A stretch of 64,000 nucleotides of DNA from Eutreptiella sp. 'Long Island Sound 2002' (Eukaryota; Protista; Euglenida): NCBI GenBank assembly GCA_964036045.1, contig OZ038378.1, forward strand, positions 196,788,001 to 196,852,000, read 5' to 3'. Under the pieces are notes generated by a model. The model was not told the DNA's origin. It did not search any database and saw only the letters and a program-made list of their open reading frames with translations. Positions 1 through 12,023 of the stretch are shown here, one piece after another (the stretch's first letter is position 1; the number at the start of each line of letters is the position of its first letter). A program made the position numbers and the translations under genes.

Positions 1-1047
1 GACGGGGCAGGGTGGTTGATTTTGGTAAAAAGCTCTGACCAGAGCGGGGGGGGGGGGGGGCAGGCTGGCGGGTAGGCGAATGTGAACCATCCATTAGGTG
101 CGTTTGGAATCGTTGTCATGTCAAGCGCTTGGGTATCCCATGGACGGGTGAGGGGCCGAGGGCTTGACATACTCGTAAATATAAGTATACGGCACGTGAG
201 TGGGAGGGAGAGAAAGCGAGAGAGATATATATAGAATAGTGTACAAACGTGCGCGAGAGCCTTCGGATTACAGCAAAATGGAGGGAGCAAGGAACACGCC
301 ATTTATGCACACGGGGACAGGGGTTCTGCACGACCCCTATCCGGAGCCCATAGAATCTCAGGTACTCCAAAAACAGAGCACTGGGGTTATTTTTGGGGGG
401 GGGGGGCGGTGTTGAACGCTGCTGAAGATAGGGAAAGCCCCACAAACACCCGGTGGGGACTTTGGTTGCGGTTACGAAGGTAAATTGTCCCCGTGTGGAC
501 TCGGAACCCACCGCCCCTGGGGCAGGTCAATGCTGTACCCCCCACCCCCACCCCACCACCACCACCACCAATGTCAATGGCATTCATCGACGCGCATCAG
601 TCAGCAGCAAGGACCATGCAGTCAGCAGCACGGCCACGAAACACACCGTATGACCTCGCCAGGTCGCAGTGACCCCCAAATCCCTGCTGAGGTGCGGACG
701 GGAAGCCGATGGTTCGCACTCACTGTGGGGTGTGCCCAGAAGGGGTGCTACGAAGGGGGTGTTTCTGCACAGCGCGCGCACAGCGCCCAATAGTAAATCA
801 CCCTAAAAACCAACCCAGCCTCCAAATTGGCGAAGAAATCCCAACAAATCGGCGAACAAATCGGCGGACCGATTTTTCGCCAAAACAGGCTCCCAGTGCC
901 CTGGATCTCAGTCCCAGGCCCCAAACACACCTTCGTTTTGGTTGCTCTGTCGTTGGAGTCATGTGGAAACCCAAAATATCTCGTAATTTTCGAAAATAAA
1001 TTTGTCTCTCGGTCTGTACATGGTCCCTGAGCCATATGACAGTTTCA

Positions 1048-1115
1048 GGGGGTGGTCCAGTGGTGTATGCACTGGTCTATAAATTGGCTGACGTGGGTTC
1101 AATTCCCAAACCGAT
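1048..1115 (+). repeat. tRNA-derived (SINE-head-like) sequence
   Basis: TGGTCCAGTGG A-box and GGTTCAATTCC B-box at tRNA spacing. Stems are degenerate. Confidence 0.45.
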
Positions 1116-1464
1116 TTTTTTTGCATTTTTTGTCGCTTGTCTTGATGAGAAAATTGGTTTTCTATGCACAAACAACGCCTGCCGAAAGAAGATGAATGCA
1201 CACAGGCTTCCCATTTCCATCTCACTGTGTGCTGGGTGGGTGTGCAACCAACCAACTCTGATCTGCAACCAAAGCTGTCCTGCAGTAGTCAATCTGATGG
1301 GTCTTTTTGTGGGCAGTAAAAACACTTCATGGTGCCAATCTGAACAACCAATATAGAAAGAAAAGGTATTATCCAGTGTCCCAAAGGAAGTGATGCACAT
1401 CTTAGAGTGACGCCTCCAAATCAGGTGTCCTAGAATCTCAAGCCCCAACAAGTCAGCAGAACGA

Positions 1465-1615
1465 ATCGGCCAAATCACAGAAACCCCACAAATCGGCAGA
1501 ACAACTCGGCGGAATTCAGAAACCAAACAAATCGGCAGATCAAATCGGCGGAATTCAGAAACCCAACAAATCGGCAGAACAAATCGGCGAAATCGGCCGA
1601 ATTCGGCCGCCGATT
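1465..1615. repeat. Degenerate AAATCGGC(A/G)G tandem repeat; related copies at 825-875
   Basis: Repeated ACAAATCGGCAGA / AATCGGCGGA motifs. Confidence 0.7.
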
Positions 1616-2184
1616 TGGGGGCTGGGTTAAAAAACCACCCACCACCGGGGGAGCTGCGTCCACGGGGCAAAAACAGCAGATTTAGACAGCACACTGGCAT
1701 TTTTAGTGAGAAACATAGTTCGTTTTAACTCATTATCTGAAGTTTTGGACTGAGTAAGAGTCTGAGTATTTCCCTGTATGGGAACACGGTAGTTACTGCG
1801 GTCACCTTGGCCATCAGGGGAAATGAATCCAAAGTAGCCTACTTTTCGCACAGCGCGGGCACAGCGCACACAAGGGGCTGCTCCTGACGAAAGTGAGGTC
1901 CCACTGCCGGGCACTAGTGACATGTCCGATAGATCGCTGGTGCAGAACCATCAGCGCCTGCGTGAAGCACTGACACAGGTCCCCAGGGACGCCGAGGGGC
2001 TTGCGTACAGCACACTTCAGCCCTGATGATCAGTCATGCGCCACACAAAATGATACCCTCGATGGAGAGAGAGCCATGAAGGCAGGAGGACCCACCCGGC
2101 ATGGTCGTCCCCAAACAACATAGGGGATCCCCCGCTGCCGATACTGGCAGTGAGAGGGGGTTGGGGCCCAGGAAGAAGGTCAAC

Positions 2185-2322
2185 CTGCCCTGCAATGCCC
2201 TGCCCTGCCCTGCAATGCCCTGCCCTGCCCTGCAATGCCCCGCCCTGCGCCCTGCCCTGCCCTGCCCTGCCCTGCCCTGCCCTGCCCTGCCCTGCCCTGC
2301 CCTGCCCTGCAATGCCCTGCCC
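2185..2322. repeat. (CCCTG)n / CCCTGCAATG minisatellite
   Basis: Tandem pentamer. Confidence 0.9.
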
Positions 2323-2460
2323 TTCCCCCGGTTGGGACGTTGAAAAAAAGGACTGCAGTTGGTCGCTGTGAGGGGGGGGGGGGGCTGAAATTAGCACCGC
2401 TGCACTTGGGAACTGAATGCAGCAGCAGCGCCCGTGAGGAACAGGCGTAGACGGTCAAAG

Positions 2461-2890
2461 CAGGGGTGTCCTTAACGGAAAAAAAGAAAAAAAAAGTGTT
2501 CCGGTACCAGTTTTCCCAAAAAAGCCCGCAGGCACTCCATGTGCTCAACCATGGTTGGTGGCAGTGGGCGGTTGGCGGTTGGCGGTTGGCGGCGGTTGGC
2601 GGTTGGCAGTTGGCAACTGGCGGTTGGTGGCGGTTGGTGGTGGTTGCCCGCGGTTGGTGGCTGGCGGTTGGTGGTTGGAGGCGGTTGGCAGTGGTTGGCA
2701 GTTGGCGGTTGGTCGCCGCTGGCGGTTGGCGGCGGTTGGTGGCTGGCGGTTGGTGGCGGTTGGTGGTTGGCGGTTGGTGGCGGTTGGCAGTTGATGGGAG
2801 TTGGCGGTTGGCGGTTGGTGGTCCCTTGGGGCGGTCCTTAAGGGCTGTCCTTAGCCAAAAAAAAATTTCTCGTCCCTTAAGGACCCCCCT
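2461..2890. mobile_element. MITE-like element with GGTTGGC-rich core and GTCCTTAA-GG inverted ends; related pieces at 3170-3330 and 12340-12480
   Basis: CAGGGGTGTCCTTAACGGA versus reverse complement AGGGGGGTCCTTAAGGGA. Shared GGGCTGTCC(T/G)T motif between copies. Confidence 0.55.
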
Positions 2891-2977
2891 GGGTCAAAGA
2901 GCTGGTGCTGGTGCCTTGATACGGCAGGAGGGCCTTTGGAGCGTTTGGGGCACGAGAGCTGGGGGTAGCCACGGCGT

Positions 2978-3148
2978 TCACTCCTCCAAGTTCCCGTTCT
3001 CGTCGAGATCCCCGACCATGGGACTGGGAATGCGGTCCTCCCACTCCTCAGGGGTCTCTGCTCCCCGAGACGCCGCTCCTGGTTCCTTTTCCTCCAAATT
3101 GATGTCCGCGAGATCCCGGTCCTCACTGGTACCACGTGACCGCATGAC
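2978..3148 (-). CDS. Putative terminal exon 8 of the WD40 gene (VMRSRGTSEDRDLADINLEE...GNLEE*)
   Basis: Acceptor TTCGTGCAG|GTC, phase 0. Acidic composition continues exon 7. Ends in TGA. Confidence 0.6.
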   Translation of the reverse strand, partial: VMRSRGTSEDRDLADINLEEKEPGAASRGAETPEEWEDRIPSPMVGDLDENGNLEE

Positions 3149-3990
3149 CTGCACGAAGCCCGGATACCATGGTGTCAGGGCTGTCCGTAAAGGAAAAAAA
3201 TGCTCACGATTACTCTCCAACCAGCACCGCTTGCCTGTGAAGCGCCGTTGGTTACCACCCAATGTTGGCTACAATAGACTGCTGTCGGTTAGCCCCCCGA
3301 CCGTCGTCGGTTACCCCCCAAACATTGCGCCGTCCATGATCCACTGGCTCCTATGTCGGGCCACCCCGCTCCACCCTGTCCCCTCCCTGCTCCACCCTGC
3401 CCGTTCCTGCAACCCTTCTCTGTCCAACCACGCCCCACTCGCCGTGCTTCGCCCTGCCCCTGCCCCTGCCTGTCCTGCCATCCCCTGCCCTTATCCTGGC
3501 CTCCTATCTCTGATCCTCTCCGGCCCTGCCCTGCCTTGCTCTGCCTTGCCGTCGCCTCCCCTGCCCACCCTGCCCTTCCGAGATGTCCCACACCAACACC
3601 CTTCCGGACCACACACACACACTCTCTCTCTCTCTCTCTCTCTTGTAGTATACCATGTACTACAATGCAAACAGTGGGTGTACACTTGGACACACAGACA
3701 CACACACACACACACCACATGAAGGGGATCAAGAGCACCAACCCACTGAGGATCGCAGACGGGCAGGCACTGGTCAAAACAACTCGTCAGGCCACAATCA
3801 TACAAAAATCACACACACACATGCACAAACACACATGCACGTGCACGCACACACATGCGTGCATGCCCCGCCCCGCATCACACCGCCCAATCTCTACAGA
3901 ATGTGGCTGAGCATTGCAACTGTACCAGCTCCCGTATTCCGTGTACACGGCTTCTACCTACAAGTCTGGTCTGGTAAACGCTACAAATAG

Positions 3991-4160
3991 GGTATGACAT
4001 CACTGCAAACAAGATCTCGCAGAACCAAAAAAAAATAGGTTTTGGGTCAAAATAGAACCATGAGAGCTCACTGCAGTCCCAACACTGCATTTCCCATTGT
4101 AAAGTAAAATGGCAATTCTTGGTAGCTCTGTGAGGATCTTGTCTGCAGCGATGTCATACC
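3991..4160. mobile_element. 170-bp MITE-like element with ~30-bp terminal inverted repeats
   Basis: GGTATGACATCACTGCAAACAAGATC versus reverse complement of GATCTTGTCTGCAGCGATGTCATACC. Confidence 0.7.
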
Positions 4161-5282
4161 ATATTTCTAGCTCCTACCCCTTGGTGCGCCCCAACACTCA
4201 CCCCCACCCATCCAAATATACCTTCTGAAATCTGTTTTTGAGTTCCCCAGCCTCAAATTAGGGGGGGGGGGGGTGTGACCTAATTAAAAAACAGACAAAT
4301 GCAAACCAGAGGTAATGCACTCCACAGTCAGGGGGGGGGGGTTCCCCATTTGCCACCCAAAGCCCAGCCGGTGATCCTGCACCTTGGTAGATACACTGGC
4401 AAAGATATGTGGGGGTGTCACAAACAAGCACCAGCACGGCGTCTTTCCAGAGCGGGAGCCACAATGGGTCAGGTTTGCTTCACCGCAATTAGCTCCAACC
4501 GCGCCTGCCCCACGGTCTTCATTGCTCTCAGTTCAATGTTCCAGATCGTTGTTCTCTGTGCTTGCTGTCCAAGTGTTCAATGGCTGGGGTTGAGGGCCAA
4601 GGTCCCTTCCTCCCTGCGGCACTGTACCAGGTCAGCTGTCGCCTGTTGGGCTGTAGGTTGGCAAACATGCAGCCAGGCTCACGCCCGTACGCCTGGCCGT
4701 TTTCTATAGGATCAGGGGCGTACATGCAGGTCAGGGGGCGGGCACTTGCTTCTGCTGGCCCCACTCGGCCATGCCCTCCCCCTGTTTGCTGTTGTTGGAC
4801 CTTGGGCCTAAAGGCCTAGTGGTTTCTGGATAACATACAGAGTTACCCGGCACATACATGTGTTTGTTGGGGTGTGTAAGACGCAGGTCGTTGCTGTGTC
4901 CGTGAACACAGGGGAGCGAGATTCAGTGCGGGGGGGTACCACTTGCCGTTCATTGGGGTGGGGTATTTTCCATCTGGTGGCGGCCGCTGTCCGAGCGGTG
5001 GCGCACTTGGCGCCAGCCGCGGTGGCGCCAGTTCGAGCCCCGTTGCCGTCCGTCGATGGGTGGGACCTCCGATCGATCCGTTCGAGTACCGGTGGCGGCG
5101 CGCGCTGCTACAACTGTGTGGTGCCACGAGGTGTTTTCTTTTTGGGGCGGGGGTGTTCCTAGGTGCAAAAATAGACGAGACCTCCACCCGATCCGCCGGT
5201 ACCGGCGGTGGCGCGGGCTGTTGTAGGGGTGGGTGGTTCCAACGATGCCCACTAGAGAGCTCTACGTGCAGGGGACCCAGGA

Positions 5283-5352
5283 GCCGCAGCCCCCGGGTAT
5301 CGAACCCCCGCCTTGGACGACTGAAGACTACTGCTCTCGCTATTGGGCCGTC
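5283..5352 (-). repeat. tRNA-derived (SINE-head-like) sequence
   Basis: Minus strand GGCCCAATAGC...GGGGTTCGATACCC. Arms do not pair as in a functional tRNA. Confidence 0.4.
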
Positions 5353-6009
5353 TATGTCTCTTACCATATACCTAGCTCTGCCACTTGGTGGGGGGTGTTC
5401 CCGGGGTGGGGTTGTACTTGCGGCCGTGGTATATCCCGTGGGGGTGTGTGTATGGGTGTGTTAGAACAGGGGAGACATCTTTATCGGTGTGACAGACCGA
5501 GATCCTTCTGTGCTGCAGGTCGATGCTGTGTCCGTGGAGAGCGAGAGAGTGTCAGGGGAGAAAAATTCAATCCGTGTAGGCGATCTCATTGGAGGGGAGT
5601 GGGGAGCTGGTGCCCGAGATGGGGCCCAAGATCTCCAGTGGGAGGGTGGGGTGGAGCGGCCCGTGGATGGACACGGCGCCCGTGAAGGGGGGGTGCAAAT
5701 TTCGATGTCCACGAGACCACCGCGTGGCCCATGGATTTGTGGCGTGACATACTCTGTGTGGCGACAGCTGCGTTTGGGTTGTGGTGTGGTCGCTGGCTCC
5801 GGGGGGGGGGGGGGGTTGAGCAAGGGTTGCCCCCTCCTCCCCTCCCTTTCCTCACTGCTCGCCGCCTGCCATGCGGGGAGGGGGGTGCCGTGGTCCCCCA
5901 CCCCCTCCATAGCTGTCCACAGAACTGGAGCTTCAAGGTCGGACTCCGGTTCCGATTCCGACTCGTCCAGTGATTCCCCGCCCGCCAGTGACACCGTGAC
6001 TTGCCCCTT

Positions 6010-7610
6010 CAGCAGGGGGGAGCGCCGGCGTCCTATGTCAGCCAGCCGGTCCGCGTGCGTGTTACCATCAACGCCTATGTGCGAGGGGACATGCAGTCAT
6101 TGAATGGCTGTCCCTTGAGACTCAGTTTCGTGTAGCAGTTGGGTCCAGAGATCCACGTGTCCCATGGGCCCTGCCGATCCTTGCCAGTCATGGCGGCGCC
6201 ACTTCTGGGCTTTCCCCGTGATGCCCTAGACGACTAACAAGGTTTGGACTTATTCCTGTGCTGGACCGCATGCAGCGCCGCCCTGAGCTCGCCTCGGTTA
6301 TTCGTCTGCCTTTCCTCACGGGGAATGTGTATTGCGGTGTCCCGGGAATCCCCGAAGTACACCCCATAGCCCCCCACCCGTGCCACCATGGGATGGTCCT
6401 CTGATGATCCGTCTGTATATATGATTTCCCATCCTGCCTGCCTGTACTTGTCCACCAGCACCTTGTGTGACTCTGCCATTTGTGCGGCATATAGGTCCTT
6501 TTTCCGTTTTTTGCGTTGTGGCCGGTGGAGCTTGGGGGGTGACCTGCTGCCCACTTAATGTACCCGCGGGTGCGGGAGGTGTCCTGTGTCCTTGAGTTGT
6601 TTGATTGCCTGGTGCAGGAGTTGTGTTTCTTCGGCTATGAGGGTGGGCTGAGGGTGACTGGACCATCTCTGAAGTACTTGGAGCCATATGGAGAGGAACA
6701 AATCCCGGGAGGGGGGGGGGGGGACTTGAATTTGACCAAATTGCGCAGGCCCCACGAGGCTCTGACTACAGACTAGTAAACAAGACCCAAGGGGGTTTGG
6801 AGTGAGAGGGCCGGCTGCTCGACTAGGAGCTCTGTGGGGTCCGTTTCCTGGGTGTCCCCAAGTATGGCAGGGCCCATACATTGCACAGCGATGTGAAATG
6901 CCGCCGCCAAAAAGCAACAAGAAATCGGCGCATGAACTATGGTCTCCACATGCCCGTCCAAAGGAAATTGGGTGGCATGAGGGAGCCAATTTTTTAGCCT
7001 GTCTCCTACTGGTAGCTTCCTCCACAACGCCATCTGCATGAACGTGAGATCGCCCTGTGGCAGTCGCAGCTTGAGGAGTGCTTCCCAGGTTTCCTGTGTT
7101 TGCCGAGGGGGGAGGGGGGGTTGTGGGACATGAGATACCGGAGCATGACTCGGTTGTTCCACTGGGACCAAAACGTCGGCAGTGTCTCTTGGGGGGGGCG
7201 GCCATTCGACGGTTCCCAGGGGGTTGCCAAGCGCACTTGGTAGACTGGTACCCATGTGGGGGGGAGTGTGGCTCGCAGCTCCTCTGTGAGCTGCTCCAAT
7301 TTGCGGATGCCCTTTTTGATGAGGCGGGGGCAAAAGTAGGTATTGCCGTTTGTGTCCTTGAACACTGCAGAATGCCATGGTGACAGGGAACTGGCCTGTT
7401 GCGCCGTGGGGGGCAGTACAGGGGCTTGCTTGCGCAATAAGGAGTATGCTTTGCAGCTGGTGCCTAGGAAGGGGTAGCTGGCCCAGGGAACTGGTCCGAG
7501 CTGGAGCCAGGGGAGGTTGGACGCATCCAGTGGGATTCCATACCTCTCTGCCCAGAGCCGGGGGGGGGGGGGGTGAAGAGTGAGGGAGGAAGGGAGATTG
7601 GCTAGCCACC
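6010..7610 (-). mobile_element. 5'-truncated non-LTR retrotransposon relic (zf-RVT-like region followed by RNase H)
   Basis: WEALLKLRLP...FMQMALWRKLPVG...ETIVH..SC, then IYTDGS, GYGVYFG, TNNRGELRA and HVPSHIGVDGNTHADRLA. Frameshifted. Confidence 0.8.
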
Positions 7611-8523
7611 CCACCCCCCTCTTTGCGTACCAAAATGTATCACAATACTGTTTTTTCCCCCTTTTTGTGCATTTTTTTGTAAAAATGGATGATTCCTATT
7701 CAATGGAAGGATGCCTGCAATTAATTCCTGGGTGCTTGCTGTTGATTGGCGGATGCTTGTTGTTATTCCTGGATGGTTCAAAAAAAATCTTGGGTCGTTT
7801 CTATTTAGTCTGCATGGCCGCTGTTAATCCCTGGATGCCACAAGGGGGGGAAAAAATTAAACTCAACTCCAAACCGAACTTTTGCTGAATTGGAATTGGC
7901 AGGGGGGTCGGGGTCCCCCCCCTTGTTTTTGATTATTCTAAAGATGCCCTGGGCACCAGTGATGGACATGGCTGAGACGTCTTGCCATTGTGGGCACGAG
8001 ATGTGCGTAAAATGGCAGGTATTGCATCCGCTCCTGTGGTAGCTGGAGCAAACATCCAATATTTCTATTCCTGCGACAACCCTGGCCAGCAATTGGGGTC
8101 GCACCAACCTGTACCGCGCACGAGCATGCAGGTGCGCGCGCGCACACACACACACACACCAACACACAGGTACACACGTATGCATACATAGGTAAACATT
8201 TGGGGCACCCCTGCGCAGCGGAGAGGCTGCCCTGCCTCAGGAAGGGAAGGGGCAAAAGAATTGTTGTAGGAGTAAAATCCTCAAAACGCATTGCCTCTCA
8301 CTGCCTCTTCATTGACCAAATGCCCTTCTTCAGCAGGCCTTCTCACACCGATGTCACAATGGTGTGGCATGACCCACCTTCAGTAAACATATCCGCCGCG
8401 TGTTCCGCCAACTGGGAGATCCGGTCAGAGCCAATTCGATGACCAGCCCCTCCTGCAGTCAGACCATGTAAATAGTGCACAGCAGCAAGACAAAAAAACG
8501 TGCAAACTAAAAGCAAATACGAC

Positions 8524-9156
8524 CTCATCATCCGCCTCCTCCAAATCGTCTTCGTCCTCATCATCATCCTCGTCCTCGTCCTCATCCTCATTGGACTCGT
8601 CATCGTCGTCTTGCATAATAACTTCAACGTCAGTGTCATCGTCCTCGTCATCCCCGGACCCGAGCCCCTCTAGAAGGTCGCCCCGAGCCCCGAGCATCTC
8701 CAGCAGCTCGCGGCCCCCGGCACCGCGCATCAAAAACAGTTGCAGCACCTGCCGATACGTGATACGAGGCGCCGTATGCTCCGTGCGGTGCCTGCGGTTT
8801 TCGGAGCACAGGCGGGTGATCTCGTCCTCGTCCACCCTGTTGTCCCGCATCCCGTCAGGCTTCCAGATCTTGATGTCGTTGTCAATGCCACAGGTCGCGA
8901 CGGTCGTCACGTCGTGGGGGTTGGCCGCGATGCAATTGATGGTGTGGCTGTCGGCGTCCTTCAGGACCGTCACGATGTCCCCGGTGTTTGCGTCCCAAAT
9001 GAATATGTTGCTGCAGTCGGACCCGCTCGCGACGAACTCGCTGTCCACGCCGTAGAACGTCACCTCCTTGACGGTCTCCTCATTGCGGTGCCCCGTCAAC
9101 TGCTGAAGCACGGGGCTGCAGACCGCACCCTCGTTCTTGCGCGTCTTGAGGTCGTC
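8524..9156 (-). CDS. DCAF8-family WD40 protein, exon 7 (GHRNEETVKEVTFYG...SGSDCSNIFIWD...TCGIDNDIKIW plus acidic tail)
   Basis: Close to the DCAF8/DCAF6 C-terminal motifs GHRN-x-T-VK and SGSDCGHIF(L/I)W. Acceptor TGTCCAG|GAC, donor GAG|GTCGTA. Confidence 0.9.
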
Positions 9157-10355
9157 CTGGACACTGTCAGCCAGAGACAGGGACACAGGACTGAGAAGGG
9201 GAGGAGTGAGGAGGGCAGGAATATGGGGGGGGGGGGGGTTTGAGATCCAAGGGTTTGTGCACCGAAAATGGCCCAACAATGGCCTTCCTGTTGCAAAATT
9301 TTGTTTGTCCTGTGAGGAATTTTTCGTTGGACCCGGGGGGGGGGGGGGGGCGGGTGACCCGCCTCCTTACATTTTTCGGATTCTAAAACATCCCGGGGGG
9401 GGGGGGGGGTGCGGGGTATCAACAGGAGAGCGAAGCGGGGGTTGCTCCATGAAGGCTGGGAGGTGGCCGTGTAGTATAGCCGGTGTCCAGAAGATACGAA
9501 ACAGTCGATGACACACAGGCTTTGTGTGACGTGCTCCGTGGCATCAGCAGAGCTGGAGCTACCCAGTACACCACTGTGCGTGGGGAATGGAAGCACTCAA
9601 GACATGTTTCAATCAAAGCATGTTTAATGTACAACAACATTCCAACAAAAGCGCACAGGTTGGATGCATAAGTCAGCCCTTTGTGCCGAGAAACGCTGGA
9701 CCGCCAGCTTGTTTTTTGAATTTGCACGTGCGTGCGATTGAATAACTCAGGTGCAAAGACAGAGGAATGCTGGCCCACAGACTCTGTTCCTGAGTTTGCG
9801 CGCGCATACTTAGCTGTGCCCCATTTGTGCACACAGGCGTGCGGGAACCAGCAGAGGGCAATCACATACAAATGAAACTGGAAACAATGAGGTTCGAGCG
9901 CTTCGAGGAGTGCAACTGTGTGGGTGACCACTGCGGCTGTAACTTGCCACCGTTGGGCACCGTTACTCACACATCAGGCGTCATATCAGGCTGAACTTGC
10001 CCAACTTTCAGAATCAGGCCTATGCTGTGGGTCAGAGTACTCTCTCTTCCTCTTCTATCCAACCGCCCATCTACTACTGGCACACGCCGGGGCACACGTT
10101 GCCCCCCCTCCCCGTCAGACCTCCCGGAAGGTGTCCGCCACTAAGAAAAGGGCCTGATGAGAACAGGGCAGGGGGGGGGGGGAGGGGTCTTGTGGATAAA
10201 AGTGTAATGTCCGTCCCACCGCTCAGTATCGCAGCATCAACGTCCTCGTGGCGCCCACTGCCCTACCCGCGCTGCCGGTTCAGTCAGCCGTTTAACAACA
10301 CGCTGCACCCCCCCCCCCCCAAGCCCCCGCCGCCCCCTCTGCCCCTGGCACTCAC

Positions 10356-10484
10356 AACTCCGCACTCGGGCTCCAGGGTCCCCCATCCCAGATCGAGCAC
10401 AGAACCATCAGGAGGCGCCTGGCGTGTGTCGCGCCGCCACGAGCGAAATGCCTGGTACCGTAGCGCGCCGCTGATGCGCAATCC
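10356..10484 (-). CDS. Putative exon 6 of the WD40 gene (GLRISGALRYQAF...EPECGV)
   Basis: Open 43-codon stretch between CCCCAG| and a consensus |GTGAGT donor, phase 0 to phase 0. No recognisable homology. Confidence 0.5.
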
Positions 10485-10620
10485 CTGGGGGTCCGCAACC
10501 CTCTGGCCCGGTCAACATCGGCGGGTGAGAGCACCCCGCACGCACTGCCGCGGGTTGGTTTTCCTGAGCCCGTGCCCCTTCCCTAGTCTGCCCGTCACCT
10601 CGGTCCTATCCTGAACTGTG

Positions 10621-11099
10621 CATGACCCCCGGGGGGGGCGACTACAATCGGTCCCGATGCGACACCCCCCCCCCAGCTATCTGCCAAAACTTGCGGGGGG
10701 GGGGGGGGGGACAGTTGGGGCCGGGGGGGGGAGGTTCAGCGGGAGGGTGGGGTGGGTGGGGGGGTATTGGCAGCTCGGCCGGGGGGGGGGGCTGCGCGCA
10801 ACCCACTACCACCACATGCATACCTCAAGGGGGGGTGTGTGTCTGGGGGGCATGGGGGTACAGAGGTATGTATGCGATAACAGCGATTTCTCGTCTTTGG
10901 CGGGAAGAAAGTCTTAAGGGTCTTAAGGACCAAAGGCATAGTACCCCCTTCAACTAAGCATGGGACAAAAAAATTGGCGCCGTTGGCGCCACGGCCCCTG
11001 CACCGCTATGTTTCAAAACTCGGGGGGGGGAGGGGGGGGCTGGGGGGTGTCGCATACAAGGACCGGGCGCGGCCGCCCCCCCCCCCCCCCCGGGGCATG
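10621..11099. mobile_element. G/C-run-rich MITE-like element with ~55-bp imperfect inverted ends
   Basis: CATGA-C/G runs-...ATGCGACACCCCCC..CAGC mirrored at 11039-11099. Confidence 0.55.
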
Positions 11100-11862
11100 A
11101 CCACCGCCTGCCGGGTGCCTGCCCATCGCATGCCCAGCGCAACTCTTCTTGCCCAATGGCAATGGGGCCAAAATGGCCCTTGGTTGGAACTGATTTTGGC
11201 AGCACCAGCGCGTGGTGCGACGCAGAAAAATGTTCCCGTTTTCGCCGGCAACAGATTTGGGTGGATTCGGCTAGCTGAAAAATGGTGGGGGGATAGTTTC
11301 TGAAATTATGGGTCAAGCTGGGGGCTCCATTCCCCATTCCCATCCACATCTGCATCTCTATCCCCATCGGCATCAGCATTGCCATCACCATCGGAAGTGG
11401 CATCCGCATCTACATCCACATCCACCCATACGTTCCCATCTCCATCCTCAACTCACCAGAGGCCCCGCCTGGTGAGCAGCACGCTCAGTCCCACCAAAGG
11501 GGGGGGGGGGGGCTACCCGCTCCCCTCTCCCCATGCACCCCTGGAGAGGGCGCCATGCAACCTCCCCATCAGCGTCCGCCACATCAGACATCATTGAACT
11601 TCTAATATCCGCCCTGAATCCACCGATCCTCATCACCGTGCGATTCCGATGAATGCGGCGCCTGCGGCGCGCAATATCAATAATTGTCCTGGAACAGGGG
11701 CAAGTGTACCCTTTATGAACCATATTGTTGAATGGGGAAGGATCATCGCAACATTTTGTCCGTTTTGAGTATTGTGCCTCGGGATTGTGCCCGTTTGACC
11801 TACTTCCTTCACACAAAATTAAGGGAAATTAATGCGGTGCTAATCACCCCACAGCCAAGTAC

Positions 11863-11878
11863 CTGTCCCCTGCGGCGC
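11863..11878 (-). CDS. Putative 16-nt micro-exon 5 of the WD40 gene
   Basis: CTGCAG|GCGCCGCAGGGGACAG|GTACTT. Converts phase 2 to the phase 0 needed by the next exon. Confidence 0.4.
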
Positions 11879-12023
11879 CTGCAGCGCACCTCCGGCGCAC
11901 AGTAAGCGCTCCCTATGCCCCCCCCCCGAAAGCCGGTCTGCCTCCCAGGCACCAGCGGCACGGCGGTTGAAGGCAGGGGGTGAGGGAGGGAATGAAGGGG
12001 GAGCGCACGTGCGGGGGCTGCAC

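Noticed and set aside
1465-1615. CRISPR-like spacing of AAATCGGC repeats
   Set aside because: Degenerate units without unique spacers; eukaryotic context; no cas genes.
2017-3722. Long ORFs with PCPAL / GGWRL repeats, including the 418-aa ORF at 2466
   Set aside because: Low-complexity repeats lacking stop codons; no domain.
8425-8523. Read-through C-terminus VVFAFSLHVF... of WD40 exon 7
   Set aside because: Abrupt composition change after a GT donor; an in-frame acidic terminal exon exists at 2978-3148. Not excluded as an isoform.
9157-9172. Non-conventional acceptor CTGACAGT|G for exon 7
   Set aside because: A canonical in-phase CAG at 9157 explains the junction.
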